Under the pieces are notes generated by a model. It had not been told where the DNA came from, searched no databases, and saw only the letters and a program-made list of their open reading frames with translations. A stretch of DNA of 64,000 bases from Thermomicrobiales bacterium. GTDB taxonomy: Bacteria; Chloroflexota; Chloroflexia; Thermomicrobiales; UBA6265. The stretch is from NCBI GenBank assembly GCA_049646645.1, contig JBARWF010000129.1:318-64317 (forward strand), read 5' to 3'. Numbering within the stretch: position 1 is the stretch's first letter; every line of letters starts with the position of its first letter. The position numbers and the translations under genes are program-made. Shown here piece by piece: positions 27,043 through 34,856 of the stretch.

Positions 27043-29553
27043 CTACTTGACGACGAGGTTGATCAGCCGTCCGGGCACGACGACTTCCCGCACCACGGTC
27101 TTGCCCGCCAATTGCTCCTGAACGCGGGCGTTCGCCAGCGCAGCCTGCAGGAGGTCCTCCTTCGAGGCGGTGCGCGCCACGACGAGCTTCTCCCGGACCT
27201 TGCCGTTCACCTGCACCGGAATCTCGACCGTGTCTTCCACCGCGAGGGCTTCGTCGTAGACCGGCCACGATTGCTGGTGAATCGAGAACGGGTTGCCCAG
27301 CCGCGCCCACATCTCCTCCGCCACGAAGGGAGTGCTGGGGGCCATCAGCAGGGCCAGCGTCTCCGCCGCCTCGCGCCAGGCCGGCGTCTGGGCAACGGGC
27401 TGATCGCGCAGCTTCATCAGCTCGTTGGTGTACTCGATCAGCGCCGCGATCATCGTGTTGAACTGAAAATTGTCGATGTCCGCCGTCACGCGCTTGATCG
27501 TGCGGTGTGTCAACGCCCGCAGGGCCGAGACATCGCTGTCGGGCGCGCTCCCGTCCGGTGTCGCCGTGCCGAGCTCCGACACGATCTGGAACGCCCGCCG
27601 CAGGAAGCGCTCCATGCCGGTGATGCCGCGATCGTTCCACGGGCCGCCCTGCTCCCACGGTCCCAGGAACATCAGGTGAAGCCGCAGCGCATCCGCGCCA
27701 TGCGCGGCGACGAGCTCATCCGGTCCCACCTGGGTTCCCCGGCTTTTGCTCATCTTTGTGCCCTCGGCCGCCAGGATCATTCCCTGGTTCCGCAGTCGCT
27801 TGAAGGGCTCATCCTGATCGACCAGTCCGAAGTCGCGCAGCACCTTCGTGAAGAACCGCGCGTAGAGCAGGTGCAGGATGGCGTGCTCGATGCCGCCCGT
27901 GTAGAGATCGACCGGCGTCCACGCCCGCGAGGCGACCGGATCGAATGGCGCATTCTCGTCGTGCGGGCTGGTATACCGAAACCAGTACCACGACGAATCG
28001 ACGAACGTATCCATCGTGTCGGTCTCGCGGCGCGCCGGCCCACCACACGCCGGACAGGTCGTGTGAAGGAAAGACTCGTGGCTCACCAACGGGCTCTGGC
28101 CGGTCGGCGTGAACTCGGCGTCGAGCGGCAGTTCGACCGGCAGCTGGTCCTCCGGCACCGGGACCATCCCGCAGGAGTCGCAGTAGACGATGGGAATCGG
28201 CGTTCCCCAGTACCGCTGGCGGGAGATCAGCCAGTCACGCAGCCGGAAGTTGACCTCCGCCTTGCCGCGTCCTTGCTCGTCCAGCGAGGCGATGACGGTC
28301 GAGATGCTCTCTGGAACGGCCAGACCATCGAACCGCCCCGAGTTCACGATCTTGCCCGGCCCGACGTACGGCCCGGCCATCGTGGCGGGATCGAGCGTCT
28401 CCTGGTCCTCCGGCTGGATTACCACCTTGATGGGCAGGTCGAACGCGCGCGCGAAGGCAAAATCACGCTCGTCGTGCGCGGGCACCGCCATGATCGCGCC
28501 GGTCCCGTAGCTCATCAGCACGTAGTCGGCGATCCAGACCGGGATGCGCTCGTCATTGACCGGGTTGATGGCGTAGGCGCCGGTGAAGACGCCGGTCTTT
28601 GGACGAGACTCATCGGTGGACTGCCGCTCGATCTCCGTTTCGCGGCGAGCAGCATCGACGTAAGCTCCGACCTCGGCCCGCCGGTCGGCGGTCGTGATCT
28701 TCTCGACCAGCGGGTGCTCCGGCGCGAGGACCATGAAGGTCGCGCCAAAGACGGTATCCGGTCGTGTCGAGAAGACCTCCAGCTCGTCGCCGCTCTCCAG
28801 GCGGAACTGCAGCCGGGCGCCCTCGGACCGGCCGATCCAGTTCCGCTGCATGGTCTTGACGCGCTCGGGCCAATCCAGGGTTTCGAGATCGGCCAGCAAC
28901 TCCTCGGCATAGTCCGTGATCTTGAAATACCACTGTTCCAGATCGCGCTTGTACACCTCGGAGCCGCATCGCTCACAGATGTTGCCGTCGATCACCTGCT
29001 CGTTCGCGAGCACGGTCTGATCGTGCGGGCACCACCAGACCGACCCCTTCGCCTTGTAGGCCAGCCCCCGCTCCAGCATCTGCAGGAAGATCCACTGGTT
29101 CCAGCGGTAATACTCCGGGGTGCAGGTGATGATCTCCCGGGACCAGTCGATCATCGCCCCCATCAGATCGTACTGATGCCGCATGCGAGCGATGTTCTCG
29201 AAGGTCCAGGTCGCGGGATGGATGTTGTTGCGGATCGCGGCGTTTTCGGCCGGCAGCCCGAACGCGTCGAACCCCATGGGGAAGAGCACGTTGTAGCCGC
29301 GCATCCGCTGCAGCCGCGCAAAGACATCCGGTACCGAGAACGCGTACCAGTGACCGACGTGCAGCACCCCGGAGGGATAGGGATACATGGTCAGCGAAAA
29401 CCACTTCGGGTCGGGATTGCTGTCGTCGACCTTGTAGATGGCGGCTTCCTGCCACTTTGCACGCCACTTCGGTTCGATCTCCGCCGGATCATACCGGTGC
29501 GCATCGGCGGGCCGCGCACCGTCAGTTGCTAAAGTGCTTGTTGTGGCGCTCAT
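27043..29553 (-). CDS. leuS: leucine--tRNA ligase
   Basis: Start ATG 29553 (AGGAG upstream). Contains YPYPSGVLHVGH (HIGH), the CP1 editing domain and KMSKSRG. Confidence 0.95.
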   Translation of the reverse strand: MSATTSTLATDGARPADAHRYDPAEIEPKWRAKWQEAAIYKVDDSNPDPKWFSLTMYPYPSGVLHVGHWYAFSVPDVFARLQRMRGYNVLFPMGFDAFGLPAENAAIRNNIHPATWTFENIARMRHQYDLMGAMIDWSREIITCTPEYYRWNQWIFLQMLERGLAYKAKGSVWWCPHDQTVLANEQVIDGNICERCGSEVYKRDLEQWYFKITDYAEELLADLETLDWPERVKTMQRNWIGRSEGARLQFRLESGDELEVFSTRPDTVFGATFMVLAPEHPLVEKITTADRRAEVGAYVDAARRETEIERQSTDESRPKTGVFTGAYAINPVNDERIPVWIADYVLMSYGTGAIMAVPAHDERDFAFARAFDLPIKVVIQPEDQETLDPATMAGPYVGPGKIVNSGRFDGLAVPESISTVIASLDEQGRGKAEVNFRLRDWLISRQRYWGTPIPIVYCDSCGMVPVPEDQLPVELPLDAEFTPTGQSPLVSHESFLHTTCPACGGPARRETDTMDTFVDSSWYWFRYTSPHDENAPFDPVASRAWTPVDLYTGGIEHAILHLLYARFFTKVLRDFGLVDQDEPFKRLRNQGMILAAEGTKMSKSRGTQVGPDELVAAHGADALRLHLMFLGPWEQGGPWNDRGITGMERFLRRAFQIVSELGTATPDGSAPDSDVSALRALTHRTIKRVTADIDNFQFNTMIAALIEYTNELMKLRDQPVAQTPAWREAAETLALLMAPSTPFVAEEMWARLGNPFSIHQQSWPVYDEALAVEDTVEIPVQVNGKVREKLVVARTASKEDLLQAALANARVQEQLAGKTVVREVVVPGRLINLVVK

Positions 29554-29575
29554 GGTCTCTCCTTCATGGACGTGG

Positions 29576-29610
29576 TGATTTCGCCGGAGCGTTGAGAAAT
29601 CGAATCTCAC
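29576..29610 (+). repeat. degenerate copy of the dispersed repeat, inside the leuS 5' UTR
   Basis: GTGATTTCGCCGGAGCGTTGAGAAATCGAATCTC compared with consensus GTCATTTCGAGCGCAGTCGAGAAATCTC. Confidence 0.45.
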
Positions 29611-29641
29611 ATCTCTGAAAAACAAAAAGCGAGCAGACAAG

Positions 29642-30004
29642 AAAAACGCCTCCATCCCTTATCAGGGACGAAAGGCGCTCTTGCATGCTCGCTTCCGCGG
29701 TACCACCCTGCTTGACCAGCAAGGCTCTCGCTTGCGATGGCTCGGGTGGAGCTGAGGGGACTCGAACCCCTGACCCCCACACTGCCAGTGTGGTGCTCTC
29801 CCAGCTGAGCTACAGCCCCAAGTACATCGCCTGCGAGGAGCCGTGATTGGCCCGCTCGTCTCTGCCCGATAACGGTGGCAACCGACACTGGCTACACAAG
29901 CGCTTCACCAGCATGGCTCACGGGCGAGTTCGATCCGACCAGGACACCTTCCACCAACCGGTGTCTCGCTGCGTTCGCGGATCTACTACTCCCGATCAAC
30001 GCCC
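29642..30004 (-). promoter_or_regulatory. T-box leader (Leu specifier CUC) controlling leuS, with a terminator/antiterminator
   Basis: Minus-strand elements: Stem I (30003-29915) with AGUA box 29990-29984, specifier GAA-CUC-G (CUC at 29928-29926) and distal hairpin GACACC-GGUUGGUGGAA-GGUGUC. Stem IIA/B plus F-box CCGUUA (29884-29863). T-box core AAGCAGGGUGGUACCGCGG (29713-29695). Terminator 29678-29647 plus U5 (29646-29642). Confidence 0.85.
29747..29819 (-). tRNA. tRNA-Ala (anticodon GGC), nested in the leuS T-box leader
   Basis: GGGGCTG-TA-GCTC-AGCTGGGA-GAGC-A-CCACA-CTGGCAG-TGTGG-GGGTC-AGGGG-TTCGAGT-CCCCT-CAGCTCC-A. The G3:U70 identity pair is present. CCA is not encoded (followed by CCC). 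Confidence 0.95.
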
Positions 30005-30050
30005 GGATCCGGATTGGATCCTTGGGTTTCTCGGCGCACCCGACCCGAAG

Positions 30051-30075
30051 GTCATTTCGTGCGACCTCGGTGATT
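30051..30075 (+). repeat. partial copy of the dispersed repeat at the 5' edge of the leuS leader
   Basis: GTCATTTCGTGCGACCTCGG has one mismatch to the 13-nt core. Confidence 0.45.
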
Positions 30076-30081
30076 ATAGCC
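30073..30081 (-). promoter_or_regulatory. candidate -10 element of the leuS leader promoter
   Basis: The minus strand reads GGCTATAAT. No convincing -35 element was found. Confidence 0.4.
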
Positions 30082-30240
30082 TCCTGCCTGCAAAAGTGCC
30101 AGTACAGTCGAGCACTATTGGATACGCCGCCATTGTACCGGGGTCCACTGACCGGCACGCGTCCCCGCCGATCGCGTACAAAACCCGGTAAGGACGTTGA
30201 CGGTCGACAGTTCATCCACTTGGAACGACAGGACGCATAC

Positions 30241-30927
30241 ATGACACAACCCGACAGCCAACTTGATGATGCGAACACGGCGGACTCCTCAGCCGCTGCG
30301 CTCTCCACGACGATCGACGGGATCATCGGTCGATTTGAGTCGGTGAACGCGGCTCGCGACCATGCGATCACGACGGGCCGCCAGGTGATCCGCCTTGCCG
30401 CCAACACGGTCCGCGCGCTCCACCGGGGCGATCGCGTTTCGGCGGCCACGCTGCTTGACGAGGCGAGCGTCCTGCTCGCCGAGATTCGCGCCACAACTGC
30501 GCCATACCCCGCGCTCTATTGGGCCGGATACGTGCAGGATGCGATGAAGGAGTATGCGGAGGCGGCCATCACCGCGAACCTCCTTGCAGACCGGCTGCTG
30601 CCCTCTCCGGACGCGCTCAAGGTGGAGGACGCCGCCTGGCTGAACGCCCTCGCCGAAGCCGGGAGCGAGCTACGCCGGGCGGTACTCGATCGCCTCCGGG
30701 CCGACCAGCACCAGGAGGGCGAGCGCCTGCTGACGCGGATGGATGAGATCTACGCCGTGCTCGTGACCGTCGACTTCCCGGACGCGATCACGGGAGGATT
30801 GCGCCGGACCACGGACCAGTTTCGCGCAGTGCTTGAGCGCACACGGGGCGATGTAACGGTCGCCGTTCGCCAGCACCGGCTCGAACTGGCGTTGCGATCC
30901 GTCGATGAGCGACTGCGCTCGAAATGA
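30241..30927 (+). CDS. translin family protein (translin/TRAX-like)
   Basis: Start ATG 30241 within track ORF 29875..30927. VEDAAWLNALAEAGSELRRAVLDRLRAD and LRRTTDQFRAVLERTRGDV align by eye with the translin blocks EDYLSGVLILASELSRL and LRKRYDGLKYDVKKVE. Confidence 0.6.
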   Translation: MTQPDSQLDDANTADSSAAALSTTIDGIIGRFESVNAARDHAITTGRQVIRLAANTVRALHRGDRVSAATLLDEASVLLAEIRATTAPYPALYWAGYVQDAMKEYAEAAITANLLADRLLPSPDALKVEDAAWLNALAEAGSELRRAVLDRLRADQHQEGERLLTRMDEIYAVLVTVDFPDAITGGLRRTTDQFRAVLERTRGDVTVAVRQHRLELALRSVDERLRSK

Positions 30928-30929
30928 CG
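30909..30929 (-). repeat. copy of the dispersed repeat overlapping the translin-like stop codon
   Basis: The reverse complement reads CGTCATTTCGAGCGCAGTCG, 20 of 20 to the consensus. It supplies the last codons (RLRSK*). Confidence 0.7.
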
Positions 30930-31011
30930 ACAAAGCGTGTCGTTTGTCAGGACAACTCTCCTGGCGCTTCCGGTGTGATGCAGCACGAGCGGCACGTCTC
31001 CGCATTGTCCA

Positions 31012-31539
31012 TCACTGATGGACGATGGAGGGAATGGTCACCGGGGTTCCACGACCGTAGCCGTTTTCCTGCAGCCAACCGGCGGGCACCTCGAGGATGT
31101 ACGTAACGGCTTCCGGCGATGAAAAGCGAGCGCGATCGCGATCCGAAGTCCCCTCCGGGTCGGGACAAGCGTTCTCGGCCGCGCCCACGATCTCGCCGTT
31201 CTCAATCCAGACGATATCGAGGCAGAACCGCATGCCCTTCATCCAGAACGTCTGGGGGCGGGCCCGGTCGTTGACGAAGAGCATGCCCGTGCCCGGTTCG
31301 AGACCGTTGCGATACCCAAGCCCTAGCGTCTGCTGGGCCGGCGTGACGGCGAGCTCGACGGTGACCCTGGATGTGCCGACCTCGATCTCTGCCTTGGCCG
31401 GAGGCGCTTCCGCGGGAATCAGCCAGGGCGGGGTCGCCTGCCGCTGCGCCGAAGCACTGCCGATCGTCGCCATCACCATCGACAGGACAAGAACCATAAC
31501 GCGTATGGCTCCACCGGATCTGCGAAAACGTGCAGGCAT
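31012..31539 (-). CDS. DUF192 domain-containing protein, secreted
   Basis: Signal-like N-terminus (MVLVLSMVMATIGSASA) and the MLFV...FWMKGMRFCLDIVWI block of DUF192. Confidence 0.7.
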   Translation of the reverse strand: MPARFRRSGGAIRVMVLVLSMVMATIGSASAQRQATPPWLIPAEAPPAKAEIEVGTSRVTVELAVTPAQQTLGLGYRNGLEPGTGMLFVNDRARPQTFWMKGMRFCLDIVWIENGEIVGAAENACPDPEGTSDRDRARFSSPEAVTYILEVPAGWLQENGYGRGTPVTIPSIVHQ

Positions 31540-31578
31540 GATCGCTCCTATCCTCTCAGATTCGATGGTCAACGCGTC

Positions 31579-32448
31579 TTAGATGGCCGCGGCCAGCCGC
31601 TCCGACAGCGCGACGAAGAGCGCCGCCACTTCGTCGACGCTGCCCAGCAGCAGATCGCTCTCCTCCGCCACGAGCACATTGGCATCCGCCGAGAGGACAC
31701 CGATGACGAGCCCATCTTCCAGCGTGCCATCCTCGCGCAAGCGCTTGACCGCCCGGAACGCATCGACATCCGTCACGTCATCGCCGAGGAAGATCACGCT
31801 CTTCAAGCTCCGCTCAGCCACAATCTCCTCGACGGCCGAACCCTTCGAGATGCTGGTGGTCGGCCGCAGCTCGACCATCATCTTGCCACCCGTCAGGCGC
31901 AGGCCGTGCTCAGCGGCCCGCTTCGTGGCAATCGGAATCAGGACCGACTCGAATGCCGCCGGGTCGGCGACAAGGCGGAAGTGAATGGACGCCGAGAAGC
32001 GCTTGTTCTCGAAGAGCATGCCATCGAGATCGACCTTTCGATCCCGGAGATCGCGGTCGATGTCCACCAATGCCTCGGCGACCGCGCGCTCGGCTTCCCG
32101 GCCGGCCTCGTGCACGCGGTACGATCCGTTCTCCGACCATTCAAGCCCGTGGTTTCCGACGTAGAGCATCTCGGAAATGCCGATCTTCGCTGCGGCATCG
32201 GCGGCCGAACGCCCGGTAATGACCGCGAGCAAAGGCAACTGATGGGAAAGCTCGGGCAGGATCCGCGCGATGTCGGGGTGCAGCACCGCCGCATCGGGCA
32301 GCGGCGCGATCTGGCTCAACGTCCCATCGAAATCGGTCAGAATCGCCGACGGTTCGACGTTCAGCACAGCAAGCACACGTTCGAGAACGTCGGAAACACG
32401 GCTTACAGTCAATCGACTCTCCTTCTCATGGGCGCCCGCGCCCGTCAC
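31579..32448 (-). CDS. otsB: trehalose-phosphatase-like HAD-IIB phosphatase
   Basis: DFDGTLS (DxDxT), VITGRS and FLGDDVTDVDAF. Confidence 0.65.
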   Translation of the reverse strand: MTGAGAHEKESRLTVSRVSDVLERVLAVLNVEPSAILTDFDGTLSQIAPLPDAAVLHPDIARILPELSHQLPLLAVITGRSAADAAAKIGISEMLYVGNHGLEWSENGSYRVHEAGREAERAVAEALVDIDRDLRDRKVDLDGMLFENKRFSASIHFRLVADPAAFESVLIPIATKRAAEHGLRLTGGKMMVELRPTTSISKGSAVEEIVAERSLKSVIFLGDDVTDVDAFRAVKRLREDGTLEDGLVIGVLSADANVLVAEESDLLLGSVDEVAALFVALSERLAAAI

Positions 32449-33089
32449 ATCTCGTACCGGTAGACCGTGCCCGTCGACACATCGATCCAGATGTCCTTGA
32501 TCTCGTTCCGGTCCTCGATGGCGAGGTGAACGTAGATGGTGTTGCGCGGCGCATTCTGCGGCCCGAACGGCTGGGTATCGGTGCTCTCGCGCACGGTCAC
32601 CCCACCCGATGCCGTAATCGTCAGGTCACCGTTGAAGCCGGCGCGCAGTAGTGACCGATAGATCTGGCGAAAGGAAAGCACGGACAGGTCGAGCGTGGGG
32701 ATGGATTCGGGGTCGTCCTCGGCGGCCTGGATCTCGCCGGTATCGGTCCGGTAGAAAGCCTGCGCGGTCTCCGAAAAATAGGTACCGTTCCATTGGTACC
32801 CCGACTCCAGAAGCGGACATCCAAGGCGCAGCCGGTAGAGCCGAGCATCGCTCTGCCACGCCCTTGCCTGAGCCTCAGCATCGGCCATTCCCTGGAACAT
32901 CGTCTCATCGGCGCGCTCCAGATCACGGATACGCAGCAGACCGTCGAAGCAGGGTTCGGTGGAGCTGGTTCCCACGGGATTGGTCGAAGGCGTCCCGCCT
33001 GCATCTTCCTGCATGGCCCGAACGGCTCCCGGTGACGCGCCAGTGAACACAACAAGCAGCACCAGCGCAGCGCGCCAGAACGCGATCAT
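32445..33089 (-). CDS. hypothetical secreted protein
   Basis: Start set at MIAFWRAALVLLVVFTGASPGAVRA (signal-like). No family recognised. Confidence 0.55.
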   Translation of the reverse strand: MIAFWRAALVLLVVFTGASPGAVRAMQEDAGGTPSTNPVGTSSTEPCFDGLLRIRDLERADETMFQGMADAEAQARAWQSDARLYRLRLGCPLLESGYQWNGTYFSETAQAFYRTDTGEIQAAEDDPESIPTLDLSVLSFRQIYRSLLRAGFNGDLTITASGGVTVRESTDTQPFGPQNAPRNTIYVHLAIEDRNEIKDIWIDVSTGTVYRYEM

Positions 33090-33348
33090 GGATCGTTGGA
33101 CCGGGAGTCGCCGGCTGTTGGCAAATGAGATGAACACGCCTCTACATTCCTGGAGTGTCGATGCGATGACTCGTTGGCCGCAGCGTGCTGAGCGGGCCCA
33201 AGCGATCATAGCATGATCGATTCGCCCGATTTCATGGGCTCAACTGTCGGTGAACCCGGGACGCTAGGATATACTCAGCGGGTTACATGGAAGAAGGAAG
33301 TTTCGGAAGGAAACGGTGACCACGGAGTTTCTCCAAACCATCCTCCCG

Positions 33349-33372
33349 ATCATTTCGAGCGAACCGCGAGAC
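33349..33372 (+). repeat. copy of the dispersed repeat in the leader of the cysS-like gene
   Basis: ATCATTTCGAGCGAACCGCGAGACC; the core TCATTTCGAGCG is exact. Confidence 0.55.
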
Positions 33373-33435
33373 CTTAGCAGAATCGTCGTGTCCGGATTGC
33401 GGCACGACCACGTATAGGCATCGGAGCACCTGGGA

Positions 33436-34629
33436 ATGCGCCTCTTCAATACGCAATCGGCAGCCGTCGAGGATTTCACGCCGGTCGATGGGCACGTCGG
33501 CATCTACGTGTGCGGGGTCACGCCATACGATACGACCCACGCGGGACATGCCTTCACGTACGTGATCTACGACGTGCTCATCCGCTACCTGCGGTATCAG
33601 GGACTGAAGGTCACCTACGTCCAGAACGTCACCGATATCGATGACGACATCCTGCGCAAGTCAAAAGAACTCGGCATGGACTGGCAAGAGCTTGGCAAGC
33701 AGGAGACCGCGAAATTTCGCAAGGACATGCTCGATCTCAACGCGCTCGATCCCGACCACTATGTTGCGGCGACCGATCACATCGCGGACGTCGTCTCCCT
33801 GACCGCGAAGCTGGTGGATCTTGGTCTTGCCTATGAATCGCAGGGCAGCGTCTATTACTCGGTGGCCAAGGATCCCGATTTCGGCAAGCTGAGCCATCTC
33901 GCGCCGGAGGAGATGCTGCCGATCGCGAACGAGCGAGGCAACTTCCCGGACGATCCGAAGAAGGCCGACCCCATCGATTTCATCCTCTGGCAAGCAGCCG
34001 CACCCGGCGAGCCGACTTGGGAGTCACCGTGGGGCCCGGGACGGCCGGGCTGGCATATCGAGTGCAGCGCGATGTCGATGCGGTATCTCGGCCCGCAGAT
34101 CGACATTCACGGCGGCGGCGCTGACCTCATCTTCCCGCATCATGAATGCGAGATCGCGCAGTCCGAACCGGCGACCGGGGTGAAGCCCTTCGTGCGCTAT
34201 TGGGTGCATGCCGCGATGGTCGGATACCAGGGTGAGAAGATGTCGAAGTCGCTCGGTAATCTCGTCAAGGTCTCGGATGTCCTCGAAACGCACCGTGGCG
34301 ACGCCCTCCGCCTCTACCTGCTCTCCAATCACTACCGCACGCCATGGGAGTTCGAGGATGACGCGCTGGAGACGTGGGCAGACGTGGCGGATTCGCTACA
34401 GGAAGCTGTGGACGGCACCGTCTCCGGATTCGGGGACCTGCTCGATCTCGAACCGCACCGGCGGCGATTCTTCGCAGCGCTGGACAATGATCTCGACACG
34501 CCGACCGCGATCGCCGTCCTGCAGGAGATCGCCCAGGCCATCCTCGAAGCTCCCGAGGACGAGGATGTGCGCGAAGCCCAGACGTTGTTGCGCGAACTGG
34601 GGGACATTCTCGGTCTGACGTTCAACTAA
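33436..34629 (+). CDS. class-I CysRS-family ligase lacking the C-terminal anticodon-binding domain (cysteine--tRNA ligase or MshC-like ligase)
   Basis: 397 aa with YVCGVTPYDTTHAGHAFTY, YVQNVTDIDDD, GRPGWHIECSAM, GGGADLIFPHHECEIAQSE and KMSKSLGN. It ends about 110 aa after KMSKS. Confidence 0.8.
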   Translation: MRLFNTQSAAVEDFTPVDGHVGIYVCGVTPYDTTHAGHAFTYVIYDVLIRYLRYQGLKVTYVQNVTDIDDDILRKSKELGMDWQELGKQETAKFRKDMLDLNALDPDHYVAATDHIADVVSLTAKLVDLGLAYESQGSVYYSVAKDPDFGKLSHLAPEEMLPIANERGNFPDDPKKADPIDFILWQAAAPGEPTWESPWGPGRPGWHIECSAMSMRYLGPQIDIHGGGADLIFPHHECEIAQSEPATGVKPFVRYWVHAAMVGYQGEKMSKSLGNLVKVSDVLETHRGDALRLYLLSNHYRTPWEFEDDALETWADVADSLQEAVDGTVSGFGDLLDLEPHRRRFFAALDNDLDTPTAIAVLQEIAQAILEAPEDEDVREAQTLLRELGDILGLTFN

Positions 34630-34707
34630 AACGTCTTCGATGGAGAAAAGAGCCCGGTCTCTGCGAGCACCACAGATGCCATCGGGGCGTCGGAACGTCT
34701 GAAAATC

Positions 34708-34716
34708 ATGGTATAC
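34708..34716 (+). promoter_or_regulatory. extended -10 promoter element upstream of rpsF
   Basis: TGGTATACT, about 140 nt upstream of the rpsF start. Confidence 0.45.
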
Positions 34717-34856
34717 TGCCCCATCGTGGGCCGGAACTCATCCGGCCCTCTTGGTGTGTTGCATTGAACGTGGCGGAGTCCACGTCCTTCTCCTCCGGTG
34801 TAATCTCCGCGCACAGCGGTAAGTCATCCGGGGGAAACCCGAGGAAGGGGTATTCA

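Noticed and set aside
27112-29532. 806-aa ORF antisense to leuS
   Set aside because: It is a shadow ORF, as is typical of high-GC DNA. Its composition is Arg/Pro/Gly/His-rich with no recognisable motifs, and the opposite strand encodes a complete, canonical LeuRS.
30089-30101. Sigma-54-like TGGCAC...TTGCA on the minus strand upstream of the leuS leader
   Set aside because: The GG-to-GC spacing is 9 nt instead of the required 12, so it does not fit the -24/-12 geometry.
33210-33435. Possible T-box leader upstream of the cysS-like gene (GGTGACCACGG resembles GGTGGTACCGCG)
   Set aside because: The UGGN bulge sequence is absent. There is no specifier-loop/AGUA arrangement, no UGC specifier in a suitable context, and no terminator/antiterminator alternative.
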